Source of the DNA: Candidatus Roizmanbacteria bacterium CG_4_9_14_0_2_um_filter_38_17 | GTDB taxonomy: Bacteria > Patescibacteriota > Microgenomatia > GCA-00278855 | Assembly: GCA_002788855.1 (NCBI GenBank) | Contig: PFSB01000026.1 | Location: 6,142-70,141 of the forward strand | Length of the DNA stretch: 64,000 bases | Direction: 5' to 3' | Part shown: positions 29,350-38,869 of the stretch, one piece after another | How the letters are laid out: every line of letters begins with the position of its first letter | Position numbering within the stretch: the first letter of the stretch is position 1 | The notes under the pieces: model-generated | The model's input: the letters and a program-made list of their open reading frames with translations, nothing else | The model's database searches: none | What the model was told of the DNA's origin: nothing | Made by a program: the position numbers and the translations under genes

Positions 29350-29846
29350 GGGTTTTGTACTCCGTAACAAACATCGTCTGTGGTAAAGTCAGGGTCACAC
29401 TCATCTGCTTCCCAGTTTGGTAGATTTTGACATTCACTACCACCATTAGAAGATGCATCTTCCATGATTGCTGTGAGAATATATCCTTGTCCGCTAGAGT
29501 TTGAGCGGTAATTATATCTGTATTTTGTCGGTTCTATGCAGGGTTCAATTTCTGATCCTGAATTTCGAGAATCAACTGGTATCTGGCTTGCAAAGTCTGG
29601 GACAAGATCAAGCGCGGCTACCCAGTCCGCAACCACTCCCGAACCTTCCCAGCTGCTTACTGGATATGTCCCATTATCGGATCTATAAAGCTCCAGAGCT
29701 TGTCTTATCACCTCAAGATCAACCATGCGACGGGAGTCCCTGGCTTTTTTGCCATAACTGGTGTAAGTGGCAAGACCAACACTAGACAATATAGCTATTA
29801 TAGAAATAACCACCATTAATTCTATTAATGTAAATCCCTTTTTCAT
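29346..29846 (-). CDS. type IV pilin (GspG-like)
   Basis: [35 protein letters not shown]. Confidence 0.9.
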   Translation of the reverse strand: MKKGFTLIELMVVISIIAILSSVGLATYTSYGKKARDSRRMVDLEVIRQALELYRSDNGTYPVSSWEGSGVVADWVAALDLVPDFASQIPVDSRNSGSEIEPCIEPTKYRYNYRSNSSGQGYILTAIMEDASSNGGSECQNLPNWEADECDPDFTTDDVCYGVQNP

Positions 29847-29855
29847 AGCTACTTA

Positions 29856-30224
29856 TTACTGGCGATTATTACGCACGTAGTCGGTTGCTGATCCCTCAAG
29901 ATCTGCTGATACAGTAAATGAGTCAGTTGCAAGAGTTATTGTGTAAACGTATGTACCAGAATTTGTTGGGTCTACTGGAATTCCTCCAGCAAACATTGCT
30001 GTACAAAGAGCAGTTGGATACGCAAATTTAGTACTACTACAAGTAGTATTGTCATATGCTAACTCAAGAGCGTCAGCGATTGCAATTATATCTGCTTGGC
30101 GTTTGGCGTCTCTAGCTCGCTTTTGTGATTGAGTATAAGTTGCCAGACCAGCTGCTGCTAATAATCCAATAATTGAGATTACGACCAATAATTCTATTAA
30201 TGTAAATCCTTTTTGTCTTTTCAT
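29856..30224 (-). CDS. type IV pilin
   Basis: [27 protein letters not shown]; SD AGGGGGTG upstream. Confidence 0.9.
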   Translation of the reverse strand: MKRQKGFTLIELLVVISIIGLLAAAGLATYTQSQKRARDAKRQADIIAIADALELAYDNTTCSSTKFAYPTALCTAMFAGGIPVDPTNSGTYVYTITLATDSFTVSADLEGSATDYVRNNRQ

Positions 30225-30240
30225 AATCTCACCCCCTTAC

Positions 30241-30259
30241 CCACACACCCGGTGTGTGG
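30241..30259. repeat. palindrome CCACACAC-CCG-GTGTGTGG (RAYT1-like REP)
   Basis: Shares ACACAC/GTGTGT arms with the 15893 and 16643 repeats. Confidence 0.55.
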
Positions 30260-30265
30260 ATGATT

Positions 30266-30994
30266 TTAGAAAAATATATTCCAGATATAGTCTGAGTAAT
30301 AAAGACTAATAACTGTTCCTAAGATAAGAAACGGGCCAAATGGAATAATCTGGCCAAACTTTTTTTTCTTACTTAATAATAGTATGACGCTTATAAAAGC
30401 CCCTGTCAAGAAAGCAATATAAAGAGCGACTATAGTTCCCGGGTGTCCTAAGAGAATCCCCAGAAATAATCCATACATGACATCACCCCAGCCCATACCT
30501 TTCCCGCGACTAATTACAATAAGCATAACAAAAAATACCGCTGCCAATACTGCTGAGATTATATGAGTTATAAGCTGAGATGGTTCATATACTAATAGAG
30601 CAATAGCCGACACGCCTAAGAGGGGATACATTAGTTTATCTGGTAAAAGATAATATTTAAGATCTGTCATAAATAGAGCTATTAGAAGAGAAAAAAGAAT
30701 TATTGTGAAAGAAACTGAGTAGATAGGGAAGTAGTAACTAAGCACAAAGACAAGTCCTGTGATTGCTTCAATTACTGGGTATTGAATAGATATGGGAGCT
30801 TTGCAGTATCTGCATTTTGCTCCCAGAAGTACCCAAGAGAGAATAGGTATAAGGTCATACCAGGAAAGCGTATGCTTACAGCGATCACAGTGGGATCTGT
30901 CAATGAATAGAGGTAAACCCGCAGGAATACGGTCTATAAGGACATTTAAAAAACTGCCAATTGCAGTTCCTAGTAAAAATAAGATTATTAACAT
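30266..30994 (-). CDS. pilD: prepilin peptidase
   Basis: GSFLNVLIDR, SHCDRC..CRYC, GMGWGD, IPFGPFL. Confidence 0.95.
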   Translation of the reverse strand: MLIILFLLGTAIGSFLNVLIDRIPAGLPLFIDRSHCDRCKHTLSWYDLIPILSWVLLGAKCRYCKAPISIQYPVIEAITGLVFVLSYYFPIYSVSFTIILFSLLIALFMTDLKYYLLPDKLMYPLLGVSAIALLVYEPSQLITHIISAVLAAVFFVMLIVISRGKGMGWGDVMYGLFLGILLGHPGTIVALYIAFLTGAFISVILLLSKKKKFGQIIPFGPFLILGTVISLYYSDYIWNIFF

Positions 30995-31009
30995 AATTTT
31001 ATTGTAGCA

Positions 31010-32899
31010 TTATTGCGAACGAAGTTTATAGATCTCAAAAGCTATCTCACCACTTTTCAATCTTATGTTATCTACTAATTTCCACTTTTTCCAGTCTATA
31101 TTAGCTCGCGACCTTTCGGAAATAGAGACGAATACTAAGCTGTTTTCCATATCTATCTGTGATCCATCGTGCAATTTTAGTTTTTCCTTTTTTGGAATAC
31201 CTGATATTTCGAGAAAGTAAAACTTATCAAAACGCTCAATGGTCAACCAACCAATTTGGTCTTTATCCTTGTATGCAAATAAGTCTTTGTTATTCTGGTA
31301 TTTTTCTGGATCCCATCCCAGATAAAATAAAATAAACTCGTGTGGTGAGCCATACTCAGTGGAAATAATAAATTTATCATAACTATCATAATTTTGTTTT
31401 ACATAATCTGCTACCTGTTTATATGGGTACTGCCAGTTTTGAGAGCAACATTTTGGATAGATCATAAAATACGTATACATATAACTTGCGGAAAGACTGG
31501 TTGTTATTGCTAAATATAAGAACCCTACTAAATAACCCGTTTTAAAATTACTTGTAAGACCGTGTAGGTTAATAATATTTACGAGCTTACTGCTGTTTCT
31601 AGATAGGTAAACGACTGTCGCTAATAAAAAGGCGGTTATAAATAACATCTGTCGTGGAGTAACTACATGGCTTGCAACCATAGCGATAACAAATAGGAAG
31701 TAGTAAATAGTATATTTTATTATGCCCGTTGATACTTTTTTTTGTGAACTAGAGATTTTTATTAGATTAAGTTGATGTGAGACCTCCACAACTCCATATG
31801 CCACTGTCATCAATAGAATAGGCAGCATGGTTGTAGCTCTCATCATATGGGGAGAATCATTCGTTAGGCTTGATGGAATAACCGCTAATATAATCCAGCC
31901 AATTATTAACCACGAATACTGCTTACTCTTATAATGCATAAAAAGGTAGAATAATCCGAAATATAAAAAAATATAATCAAGGTAGTAGATTAGCCCGTAT
32001 ACTGGGAAAACTAGATGATTTTGAGCAACTATACCAGTTAATAAAAACCCCACTGAAAAATGCTGGAACATTTTTTTGATAACTGCTCCGCCAATATACG
32101 CATATTGTAAAAATCCATAATCTCCAATTGATTCCACTGATTCAGCGCCCAGATGACCTTGTTGCTTTAATCGAACAAACATCTCGCCTGAGTTAATCTC
32201 TGGGATAAGAGGGAGGAAAAAAATTAGACCAACTAATATTGTACAAGTAACGGATATTTTGTTTTCTATTGCCTTCTTTAATACCTTTTTTCGGTATATA
32301 TAAAAGAATAGAATTAGAAATAATGGGATAAATCCTCTTTCGGAGTTATATGTCCAGATAGACAATCCAAAAAACATAGCAGAAATAATCCAGTTATTAG
32401 TTACCTTAAGTCCGCGCAGTAAAAAGTAAGCCCCAGCTGTGTGAAAAAAAAGCGCAAGATTTGCCTCAAAGGCTGCTCTGGATATAAACATCGTCCAGGG
32501 CTCTAGAACTACTAGTCCTGCGCTTAGTAAGGATATATAGTTTCTAAACCGAGACCCTATAAATATCTCTTTTGCAAGTAAATACGTAAATAACACCAAT
32601 AGAATACCCGCAATAATAGAAGGCAACCTCACCGCTAGGCTGGTTAATCCTAAGGTATGAATAAATGGCAGTAGTAGATAAATATATCCGGGAAGCTTAT
32701 TTTCACCAAAAGCCTTAAAAAGTAATGGAAGTTTTTGACCCCACTCATCATTCCCGGTTTGTAAAATTGAGTAAGCGTTGTATCCATGTGACACCTCGTC
32801 CCAGTTTAACGATGGGGGATTACTTGAAACATGATAAGTTCTGGATACTAAAACTAGAGCTGTGATAATAATGAAGCTTATATTTTTCTTTGTGAACAT
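31010..32899 (-). CDS. GT-C fold membrane glycosyltransferase (ArnT/PMT-like)
   Basis: WDEVSHGYNAYS, VRLPS, multiple TM helices. Confidence 0.8.
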   Translation of the reverse strand: MFTKKNISFIIITALVLVSRTYHVSSNPPSLNWDEVSHGYNAYSILQTGNDEWGQKLPLLFKAFGENKLPGYIYLLLPFIHTLGLTSLAVRLPSIIAGILLVLFTYLLAKEIFIGSRFRNYISLLSAGLVVLEPWTMFISRAAFEANLALFFHTAGAYFLLRGLKVTNNWIISAMFFGLSIWTYNSERGFIPLFLILFFYIYRKKVLKKAIENKISVTCTILVGLIFFLPLIPEINSGEMFVRLKQQGHLGAESVESIGDYGFLQYAYIGGAVIKKMFQHFSVGFLLTGIVAQNHLVFPVYGLIYYLDYIFLYFGLFYLFMHYKSKQYSWLIIGWIILAVIPSSLTNDSPHMMRATTMLPILLMTVAYGVVEVSHQLNLIKISSSQKKVSTGIIKYTIYYFLFVIAMVASHVVTPRQMLFITAFLLATVVYLSRNSSKLVNIINLHGLTSNFKTGYLVGFLYLAITTSLSASYMYTYFMIYPKCCSQNWQYPYKQVADYVKQNYDSYDKFIISTEYGSPHEFILFYLGWDPEKYQNNKDLFAYKDKDQIGWLTIERFDKFYFLEISGIPKKEKLKLHDGSQIDMENSLVFVSISERSRANIDWKKWKLVDNIRLKSGEIAFEIYKLRSQ

Positions 32900-32905
32900 A
32901 AGAGC

Positions 32906-32933
32906 ATCTCAAGAATCACGGGATTCTCGAGAT
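32906..32933. repeat. hairpin ATCTCAAGAATC-ACGG-GATTCTCGAGAT (REP-like or terminator after the major pilin)
   Basis: Related hairpin at 38782-38808. Confidence 0.45.
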
Positions 32934-32968
32934 TTAATGAAATAACTACACTAGTTTACCTCATTTAA

Positions 32969-33457
32969 TTACTCTGGTACACATACGTGTGTAGATCCTG
33001 ATGCTCCACTGGCAGTCTTAGATGCTTGTGATTGGAATGTCTCTGATTCAGGTACGAAACAGATGTGCACCAAATCATCAGTATCTTTGCTTATAGCAAG
33101 CGCGTTTGTTCCAGAAGACATAACAATGCCCCTGCTAAAGAACTCTGGTTTGAGCTCTTTACTTGTGGTGGTTAGTGCAGTTTTTAGATCTGCATCTGTC
33201 ATTGTAGTTGGTACTGTACCTGTTCCACATGTCTTTGTAGCAACTACATAATCCCAGGGATAACATAGGAAAGTTGCTTGAAATCTCTCAATAGCATTGA
33301 GCATTTCTGATGCTGCTGTTTTACGTGAAGTATCATTAGCTTTTCTTGTTTGCTCAACTGGATTAATTGCTGAAATTAATGCTACTGCCAAAACACCGAT
33401 AAGAGCAATAACTATAAGCAATTCGATTAATGTAAAACCTTTTTTAATTATATTCAT
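32969..33457 (-). CDS. probable major type IV pilin
   Basis: [22 protein letters not shown]; strong SD AAAGGAGGTG; directly after pilC. Confidence 0.9.
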   Translation of the reverse strand: MNIIKKGFTLIELLIVIALIGVLAVALISAINPVEQTRKANDTSRKTAASEMLNAIERFQATFLCYPWDYVVATKTCGTGTVPTTMTDADLKTALTTTSKELKPEFFSRGIVMSSGTNALAISKDTDDLVHICFVPESETFQSQASKTASGASGSTHVCVPE

Positions 33458-33488
33458 AAATATTCACCTCCTTTATTTCAGATTACTT

Positions 33489-33525
33489 AAGGCAAGACCT
33501 TCCATTTCATGAAAGGTCTTGCCTT
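33489..33525. repeat. 37-bp REP doublet AAGG-N5-CCTT...AAGG-N5-CCTT (copy 1 of 3)
   Basis: AAGGCAAGACCTTCCATTTCATGAAAGGTCTTGCCTT; homologs at 35811 and 39766. Confidence 0.85.
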
Positions 33526-33527
33526 GT

Positions 33528-34733
33528 TTATTTGATAGCATCGGTAAGATTATAGATAGGCATAATGATTGCCAACACAAGAAATCCTACGCCTACGCCT
33601 AATACAATCATGATAAGGGGTTCTATGGCAGTTGTCAATGCGCGAACAGACTCATTAGACTTGGTTTCAAAAAAATTAGCTAGTCTTTGCAAGGTTTCAT
33701 CGAGTTTGCCTGTTTCCTCACCAATTGTAATCATTTCCGCAAATATCGGAGGAAAGTTTCTGTTACTTGCAATTGTGATTCCCAGTGGATATCCCTTTTC
33801 TACTGCTGAACGAGCTTGGTCAAGACCTTTTTTGTAAATAACGTTATCTACTGCCTCGGCTACTATCTCTAGTGCTTTATTGATTGCTAGTCCTGCGCCA
33901 GCCAGTATGCCAAGGGTTCTGGCGGTTTCAATTAAGATAATTTCTTGTTGGAGAGGTCCAATAAGTGGAATTCTTATTTTCAGAGTGTCCCATATTTTTC
34001 GCCCAGATGTGGTCTTTTTCCATTGCGTGAAACCAAAATATAATCCACTAACGCCCAAAAGGATTAAGTACCAATAATTTGCAAAAACGTCTGACACCTT
34101 AATCAAAATTTTAGTTGCTATTGGCAAGTCTACTTCAAATTCTGTATATAAGTTGGTGAGCTTTGGAACAACAAAAGACATCATAATAAAACCAACTATT
34201 GCCATACCAATGATCACGATAGTAGGATAAATCATCGCCCCCTTAACCTTGTTTTGAAATTCTCGATTTTTTTCAAGATTATCTGCTAGTCGATTTAACA
34301 CATTGTCTAGAGTACCAGATGCCTCGCCAGACTGGATTAGGGCTATATATGTTCGCGTGAAGTGACTGGCGTTTTTTTCAAGTGCATCTGCGAGGGGAGT
34401 ACCGCCTTGTACATCAGAAAGAATATTGTTTAACAAGTGATTCATCTGCTCACTTTTACTTTGAGTAGCCAAAATTTCTAGCGATTTTGTTAGTGGTAAA
34501 CCTGCGTCGATCATTGTAGCTAATTGGCGGGTAAAATCGGTAACGTCCGAACTTGAAACACGACCAATTAATCTAGCTATGGGTATTTCACGTCTGATTT
34601 TTTCATCTATAGAAAGTACAAAGTATTTTTTTGAACGTAAGGTTTGTGAAGCAGTTTGAGCTGATGTGGCCTCTACTAAACCCGTGACCTTGTTGGAATC
34701 TTTGTCTATAGCCTTGTACTTATATTGTGGCAT
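33528..34733 (-). CDS. pilC: type IV pilus platform protein PilC (GspF family)
   Basis: FTRQLATMIDAGLPL, GEASGTL, AMIYP, GEETGKLD, IEP. Confidence 0.95.
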   Translation of the reverse strand: MPQYKYKAIDKDSNKVTGLVEATSAQTASQTLRSKKYFVLSIDEKIRREIPIARLIGRVSSSDVTDFTRQLATMIDAGLPLTKSLEILATQSKSEQMNHLLNNILSDVQGGTPLADALEKNASHFTRTYIALIQSGEASGTLDNVLNRLADNLEKNREFQNKVKGAMIYPTIVIIGMAIVGFIMMSFVVPKLTNLYTEFEVDLPIATKILIKVSDVFANYWYLILLGVSGLYFGFTQWKKTTSGRKIWDTLKIRIPLIGPLQQEIILIETARTLGILAGAGLAINKALEIVAEAVDNVIYKKGLDQARSAVEKGYPLGITIASNRNFPPIFAEMITIGEETGKLDETLQRLANFFETKSNESVRALTTAIEPLIMIVLGVGVGFLVLAIIMPIYNLTDAIK

Positions 34734-35788
34734 TATTTACGTTTTAACTGACGCATGAGCTCATCCGGTCTGTACGCCCAGTCTTTGGCCACTTCGAGAG
34801 AAATGGTTCCGTTGTTCACAAGGTTTGCCAGCGAGATTTCCAACAGATGCATACCAACTTCAGCTGATGTCTGAATTATGTTATCTATCTGATGCGTTTT
34901 ACCATCTCGAATAGCGGTTCGCACAGCTGTAGTTGCAAGTAGTATTTCCGTAGCTGGGACACGGCCACCTTGAGTAGCAAGTACAAGACGCTGAGAGACA
35001 ATTCCTTCTAAGATATCTGCTAATTGAGCTCGAGCCTGGTTCTGCTGGCTCGGAGGAAACACGTCAACCACGCGCTCAATTGATTGTGCGGCAGTATTGG
35101 TATGTAAGGTAGCAAAAACAAGATGTCCAGTTTCGGCAAGAGTAATCGTGGCTTGTATGGTTTCAAGATCTCTCATTTCTCCTACAAGTACTACATCAGG
35201 ATCTTCACGAAGGGCTGCCCTAAGAGCAAAGCGCCATGAGCTGGTGTCTGTATGAAGCTCTCGTTGAGAGACGATAGATTTACCTTTGGGAAAAACGTAC
35301 TCAATAGGGTCTTCAATGGTGATAATATGCTGAGATTTTTCCATATTGATGGAGTTTATCAGGGCTGCTTGAGTTGTTGTTTTGCCGTGTCCAGTTGGCC
35401 CAGTCATAAGGACAAGGCCTTGGCGCAGTTTCGTAAACTCGTGGAGCAATTTGGGTAAACCTAGCTCATCAATTGTGCGAATCTGTTGGGGAATAAGCCT
35501 GAATGCAGCCGATGGGGTGGAGCGTTGGTAATACAAATTTACGCGGTAAAAAGCACTATCTGATGCAATGGATAAATCTAGTTCTTTATTGGCATAAAAA
35601 AACTTTAACTGGATTTGGGTTGTAACTGAAGCAATGAGTTGATCTATGTCTTCTTTAATCAGATTATTGTAATTAGGAATAGCTATAAGTTCGCCGTTAA
35701 CACGAACCATAGGTGGGTAACTCACTATCAAATGTAGATCTGATGCTCCGCGTTTTTCAGTAATGGTGAGTAGTTCTTTGATAGTCAT
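34733..35788 (-). CDS. pilT: pilus retraction ATPase PilT
   Basis: ASDLHL, GPTGHGKTTT, EDPIE, ALREDPD, AETGH, AIRDGK; start moved to ATG 35788. Confidence 0.93.
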   Translation of the reverse strand: MTIKELLTITEKRGASDLHLIVSYPPMVRVNGELIAIPNYNNLIKEDIDQLIASVTTQIQLKFFYANKELDLSIASDSAFYRVNLYYQRSTPSAAFRLIPQQIRTIDELGLPKLLHEFTKLRQGLVLMTGPTGHGKTTTQAALINSINMEKSQHIITIEDPIEYVFPKGKSIVSQRELHTDTSSWRFALRAALREDPDVVLVGEMRDLETIQATITLAETGHLVFATLHTNTAAQSIERVVDVFPPSQQNQARAQLADILEGIVSQRLVLATQGGRVPATEILLATTAVRTAIRDGKTHQIDNIIQTSAEVGMHLLEISLANLVNNGTISLEVAKDWAYRPDELMRQLKRK

Positions 35789-35810
35789 ATTTATTTTGTA
35801 TTCTCGTTTA

Positions 35811-35847
35811 AAGGCTAAGCCTTTCATTACATGAAGGGCTTAGCCTT
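35811..35847. repeat. 37-bp REP doublet (copy 2 of 3)
   Basis: AAGGCTAAGCCTTTCATTACATGAAGGGCTTAGCCTT. Confidence 0.85.
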
Positions 35848-35854
35848 GACTCGC

Positions 35855-37570
35855 TTAGTCTTGGGCAACTCGCAGTACTTCTTCGATACTGGTTATGCCT
35901 TCAACAGCTTTAAGATAACCGTCTTGTTTCATGGTTATCATTCCTTCTTCAACTGCTTGAGCTTCAATTTTTTGGGAAGTCTGATGCTCAACAACCATAT
36001 TGGCTATTTTGTCAGATACTGGCAAGACCTCATAAATTCCAACTCTACCTAGATAGCCGCTTTGATCACACTGTTTACAGCCCTTCCCTCGTTTTAATTT
36101 AACACTATTGCTATCTGGAAGTAAAGAACCCAGAGCTTCTTTAATATCCCGTAAGACCTCCTCAGGGGGGTTGTATCCTTCTGCACAGGTTGAACAGAGT
36201 CGACGCACAATTCGTTGCCCCACAATACAGTTTACTGATGAGGATAGTAAAAAACTCTCTGCTCCCATATCTAAAGCTCGGGGAATCGCCCCAGCAGCTG
36301 TATTGGTATGAATTGTGGAAAAGACCAAATGACCAGTGAGGGCCGCTTGCACTGCAAGTTGAACAGTTTCGCTATCACGAATCTCTCCAACAAGGATAAT
36401 ATTTGGATCTTGCCTTAAAAAAGAGCGCAAACCAGAGGCAAAGGTCAAACCCGCTTGAGGGTTAATCTGAACCTGATTAATACCAGATATCTGGTATTCA
36501 ACTGGGTCTTCTAGTGTCATAATATTAACCTTGGATGTATTAAGTTTGCTCAACACTGAATACAACGTGGTTGTTTTACCAGAACCGGTGGGACCTGTAA
36601 CTAGGATAATTCCGTATGGGCGTAAGATATTTGCCTCCAAATTCTTAAGAGCACTACCACGCAGTCCAAGTTCAGTTAATGCAGGTACTCCACCGCTTTT
36701 TTTAAGCAAACGCATAACGACTTTCTCGCCATTAACTGTGGGAAGTGTGGAGACACGAAGGTCGACCTCTTTATCACCAGTTTTAAAGTTAAAACGTCCA
36801 TCCTGAGGAATACGCCGTTCATCTATCTTCATAGCAGACAGGATTTTTATACGGGACACTAGAGCTGAGTGAACACTTTTTGGAAGAATAAGTCTCTCGT
36901 GCAAAATTCCGTCAATACGATAGCGAATGCGTGTACGGTCTTCTAGTGGTTCCACATGGACATCTGAAGCCCGAGCTTGCACTGCATACTCAAGTAAAGT
37001 AGTAACAATTTTTGAAATAGGAGCCTGCCTGATCATTTCCTGAGCTGTGTCTTTTGTGGTTTTACCTTCTTCTTCGGGTAAAGCAGATTCCTTAACCGCG
37101 GCTATAATTTCAGAGGAGATGCCTTGGGTGTAGTATTGGTCTATTGCTGTTTTAATATCTGTGCTAGTAGAGAAAAAAGGGGCGATAGACATTCCTGTTT
37201 TTTTCTCTATAAAATCTATAACCTGAATATTGAATGGGTCCTGCATAGATACAGATAGTAAGTTTCTGTCTTTATCTAGTCTTAGTGGAAAAACGTTATA
37301 ACGTCTGGCGACCACTTCAGGAACATATTGGATAACTTCAGGCGAGATGGAGGCACGGTCTAACTTAATAAATGGTATACTGGATAGTTCGGCCCTGGCT
37401 TGAGTAATAGTATCCTCATTAACTATTTTTTTATCCAGCAAGAGCTGTTGAATGGGAATGCCTGTGTTTAAATATTCCAGCTTTATCTTCTCAGATAGAT
37501 CTGGAGGTATCTTGTGCGCAGCTGTTAAATTTTCCAGTAACGCGGTGCCAGTATCCATTTGGGCATACAT
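35855..37570 (-). CDS. pilB: pilus assembly ATPase PilB (GspE family)
   Basis: ASDVHVEP, GPTGSGKTTTLY, LRQDPN, Zn CxxC pairs. Confidence 0.95.
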   Translation of the reverse strand: MYAQMDTGTALLENLTAAHKIPPDLSEKIKLEYLNTGIPIQQLLLDKKIVNEDTITQARAELSSIPFIKLDRASISPEVIQYVPEVVARRYNVFPLRLDKDRNLLSVSMQDPFNIQVIDFIEKKTGMSIAPFFSTSTDIKTAIDQYYTQGISSEIIAAVKESALPEEEGKTTKDTAQEMIRQAPISKIVTTLLEYAVQARASDVHVEPLEDRTRIRYRIDGILHERLILPKSVHSALVSRIKILSAMKIDERRIPQDGRFNFKTGDKEVDLRVSTLPTVNGEKVVMRLLKKSGGVPALTELGLRGSALKNLEANILRPYGIILVTGPTGSGKTTTLYSVLSKLNTSKVNIMTLEDPVEYQISGINQVQINPQAGLTFASGLRSFLRQDPNIILVGEIRDSETVQLAVQAALTGHLVFSTIHTNTAAGAIPRALDMGAESFLLSSSVNCIVGQRIVRRLCSTCAEGYNPPEEVLRDIKEALGSLLPDSNSVKLKRGKGCKQCDQSGYLGRVGIYEVLPVSDKIANMVVEHQTSQKIEAQAVEEGMITMKQDGYLKAVEGITSIEEVLRVAQD

Positions 37571-37591
37571 GATATTATTGTACCATTAATC

Positions 37592-38227
37592 ATGCAAAGT
37601 ATACTATTTATAGGTTCGGATGTTGGAGCTAGAAATTATAAACTTGACGCATGGGTAGCAGAGAAGGGGATTCGGGTAAGCGACGTCTATAGGATAGCTA
37701 ATAATGATAGTGTAAAGATAAGCCAAATCCGTTCCTTAACAAGCTATTTATATAAAAAACCTCTCAGTAGCACTCATCGGGTAGCAGTTGTGTATGAAGC
37801 AGAAAAATTAACAATACCCGCTCAGAACGCATTTCTAAAACTATTGGAAGAGCCACCAAAAACAGCATATATCCTCTTAGGAGCAAGAAATAAGCTAGCA
37901 CTATTGCCGACTATTGTCTCCAGATGCTTAGTAATAAATACACCCATCACTAAGCATGTATTAAAGTGTAAGGATGAGATAGAGAAATTGCTGGAAAATA
38001 TGGAAATAAAGGCCATCTTTGAAAATGCAGAAAGCTTTGGAAAGAATAAGGAAACAGCAGAGGAGTATCTACATGAACTACTATTTTATCTACAAGATAG
38101 TTTTCTAACTGGTAGAGGTGTGGAACTAGAAAAACATGCTAATCTGGCAAAACAGGTAAACTTAAGCCTTCGCATGCTTTCAGTAAACGTCAACCCCCGC
38201 CAAATCTTAGAAAACCTATTTCTATAG
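37592..38227 (+). CDS. holB: DNA polymerase III delta-prime-like subunit (short)
   Basis: AEKLTIPAQNAFLKLLEEPP, LLPTIVSRC, NVNP. Confidence 0.8.
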   Translation: MQSILFIGSDVGARNYKLDAWVAEKGIRVSDVYRIANNDSVKISQIRSLTSYLYKKPLSSTHRVAVVYEAEKLTIPAQNAFLKLLEEPPKTAYILLGARNKLALLPTIVSRCLVINTPITKHVLKCKDEIEKLLENMEIKAIFENAESFGKNKETAEEYLHELLFYLQDSFLTGRGVELEKHANLAKQVNLSLRMLSVNVNPRQILENLFL

Positions 38228-38230
38228 TTA

Positions 38231-38273
38231 GTGTCAAACGCTGGACGTTTGACACTTTACAACCTCGGGGGTT
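38231..38273. repeat. two REP-like hairpins: GTGTCAAACG-CTGGA-CGTTTGACAC and AACC-TCGGG-GGTT
   Basis: Loop CTGGA identical to the RAYT2 REP; second hairpin resembles 56656-56678. Confidence 0.65.
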
Positions 38274-38420
38274 ACAAATGCCTTATTAACAGCCTAAACC
38301 AAGAAGATTATTTATTTATGATAAAAAGAATTTCTGACTCATGATAGATAAATCTCCCAGAAATATTTTTTTTGCTTGAGTGTGAAATTGAATAGTATTG
38401 AATAGTATAATTAGTAGTAA

Positions 38421-38777
38421 ATGAATAAACTAACACCAGAGGAAGGGAGAGTAATAATAGATAAAAGGACAGAGGCTCCGTTTATTGGCGAGTATGTTAA
38501 TAATAAGACCACGGGTGTTTATGTTTGCAGACAGTGTGAAACACCACTATATGATTCTAAAGATAAGTTTGAATCTGATTGCGGGTGGCCAAGTTTTGAT
38601 AATGAGCTAAAAAGTGCGGTTAGCAAGAATTTGGATGCAGATGGACGACGGACTGAAATAACGTGTGCCAATTGTGGTGGTCACCTTGGACATCTATTTA
38701 TAGGTGAGCACTTAACAGATAAAAACAGTAGACATTGTGTCAACTCAATTTCAATGAAATTCATTCCGAGAAAGTAG
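38421..38777 (+). CDS. msrB: methionine-R-sulfoxide reductase
   Basis: TEAPF, CRQC, CGWPSF, GHLGHLF, RHCVNS. Confidence 0.95.
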   Translation: MNKLTPEEGRVIIDKRTEAPFIGEYVNNKTTGVYVCRQCETPLYDSKDKFESDCGWPSFDNELKSAVSKNLDADGRRTEITCANCGGHLGHLFIGEHLTDKNSRHCVNSISMKFIPRK

Positions 38778-38781
38778 TATC

Positions 38782-38808
38782 AATATCGAGAAGCGGGTTC
38801 TCGATATT
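38782..38808. repeat. hairpin AATATCGAGAA-GCGGG-TTCTCGATATT
   Basis: Perfect 11-bp arms, 5-nt loop, between convergent msrB and pilin. Confidence 0.6.
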
Positions 38809-38869
38809 AAAAGCTAGTTCTAGTCTTTTTTCCAGAGGTGTGAACGTGGCACATCCGATGGGTGTGTAA

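Noticed and set aside
35789-36052. Two ORFs both starting MKGLA on opposite strands
   Set aside because: Artefact of the palindromic REP doublet at 35811-35847.
23704-37570. Type II secretion system, or missing secretin as a novelty
   Set aside because: PilT and PilM indicate a type IV pilus; absence of PilP/PilQ is expected for a cell without an outer membrane.
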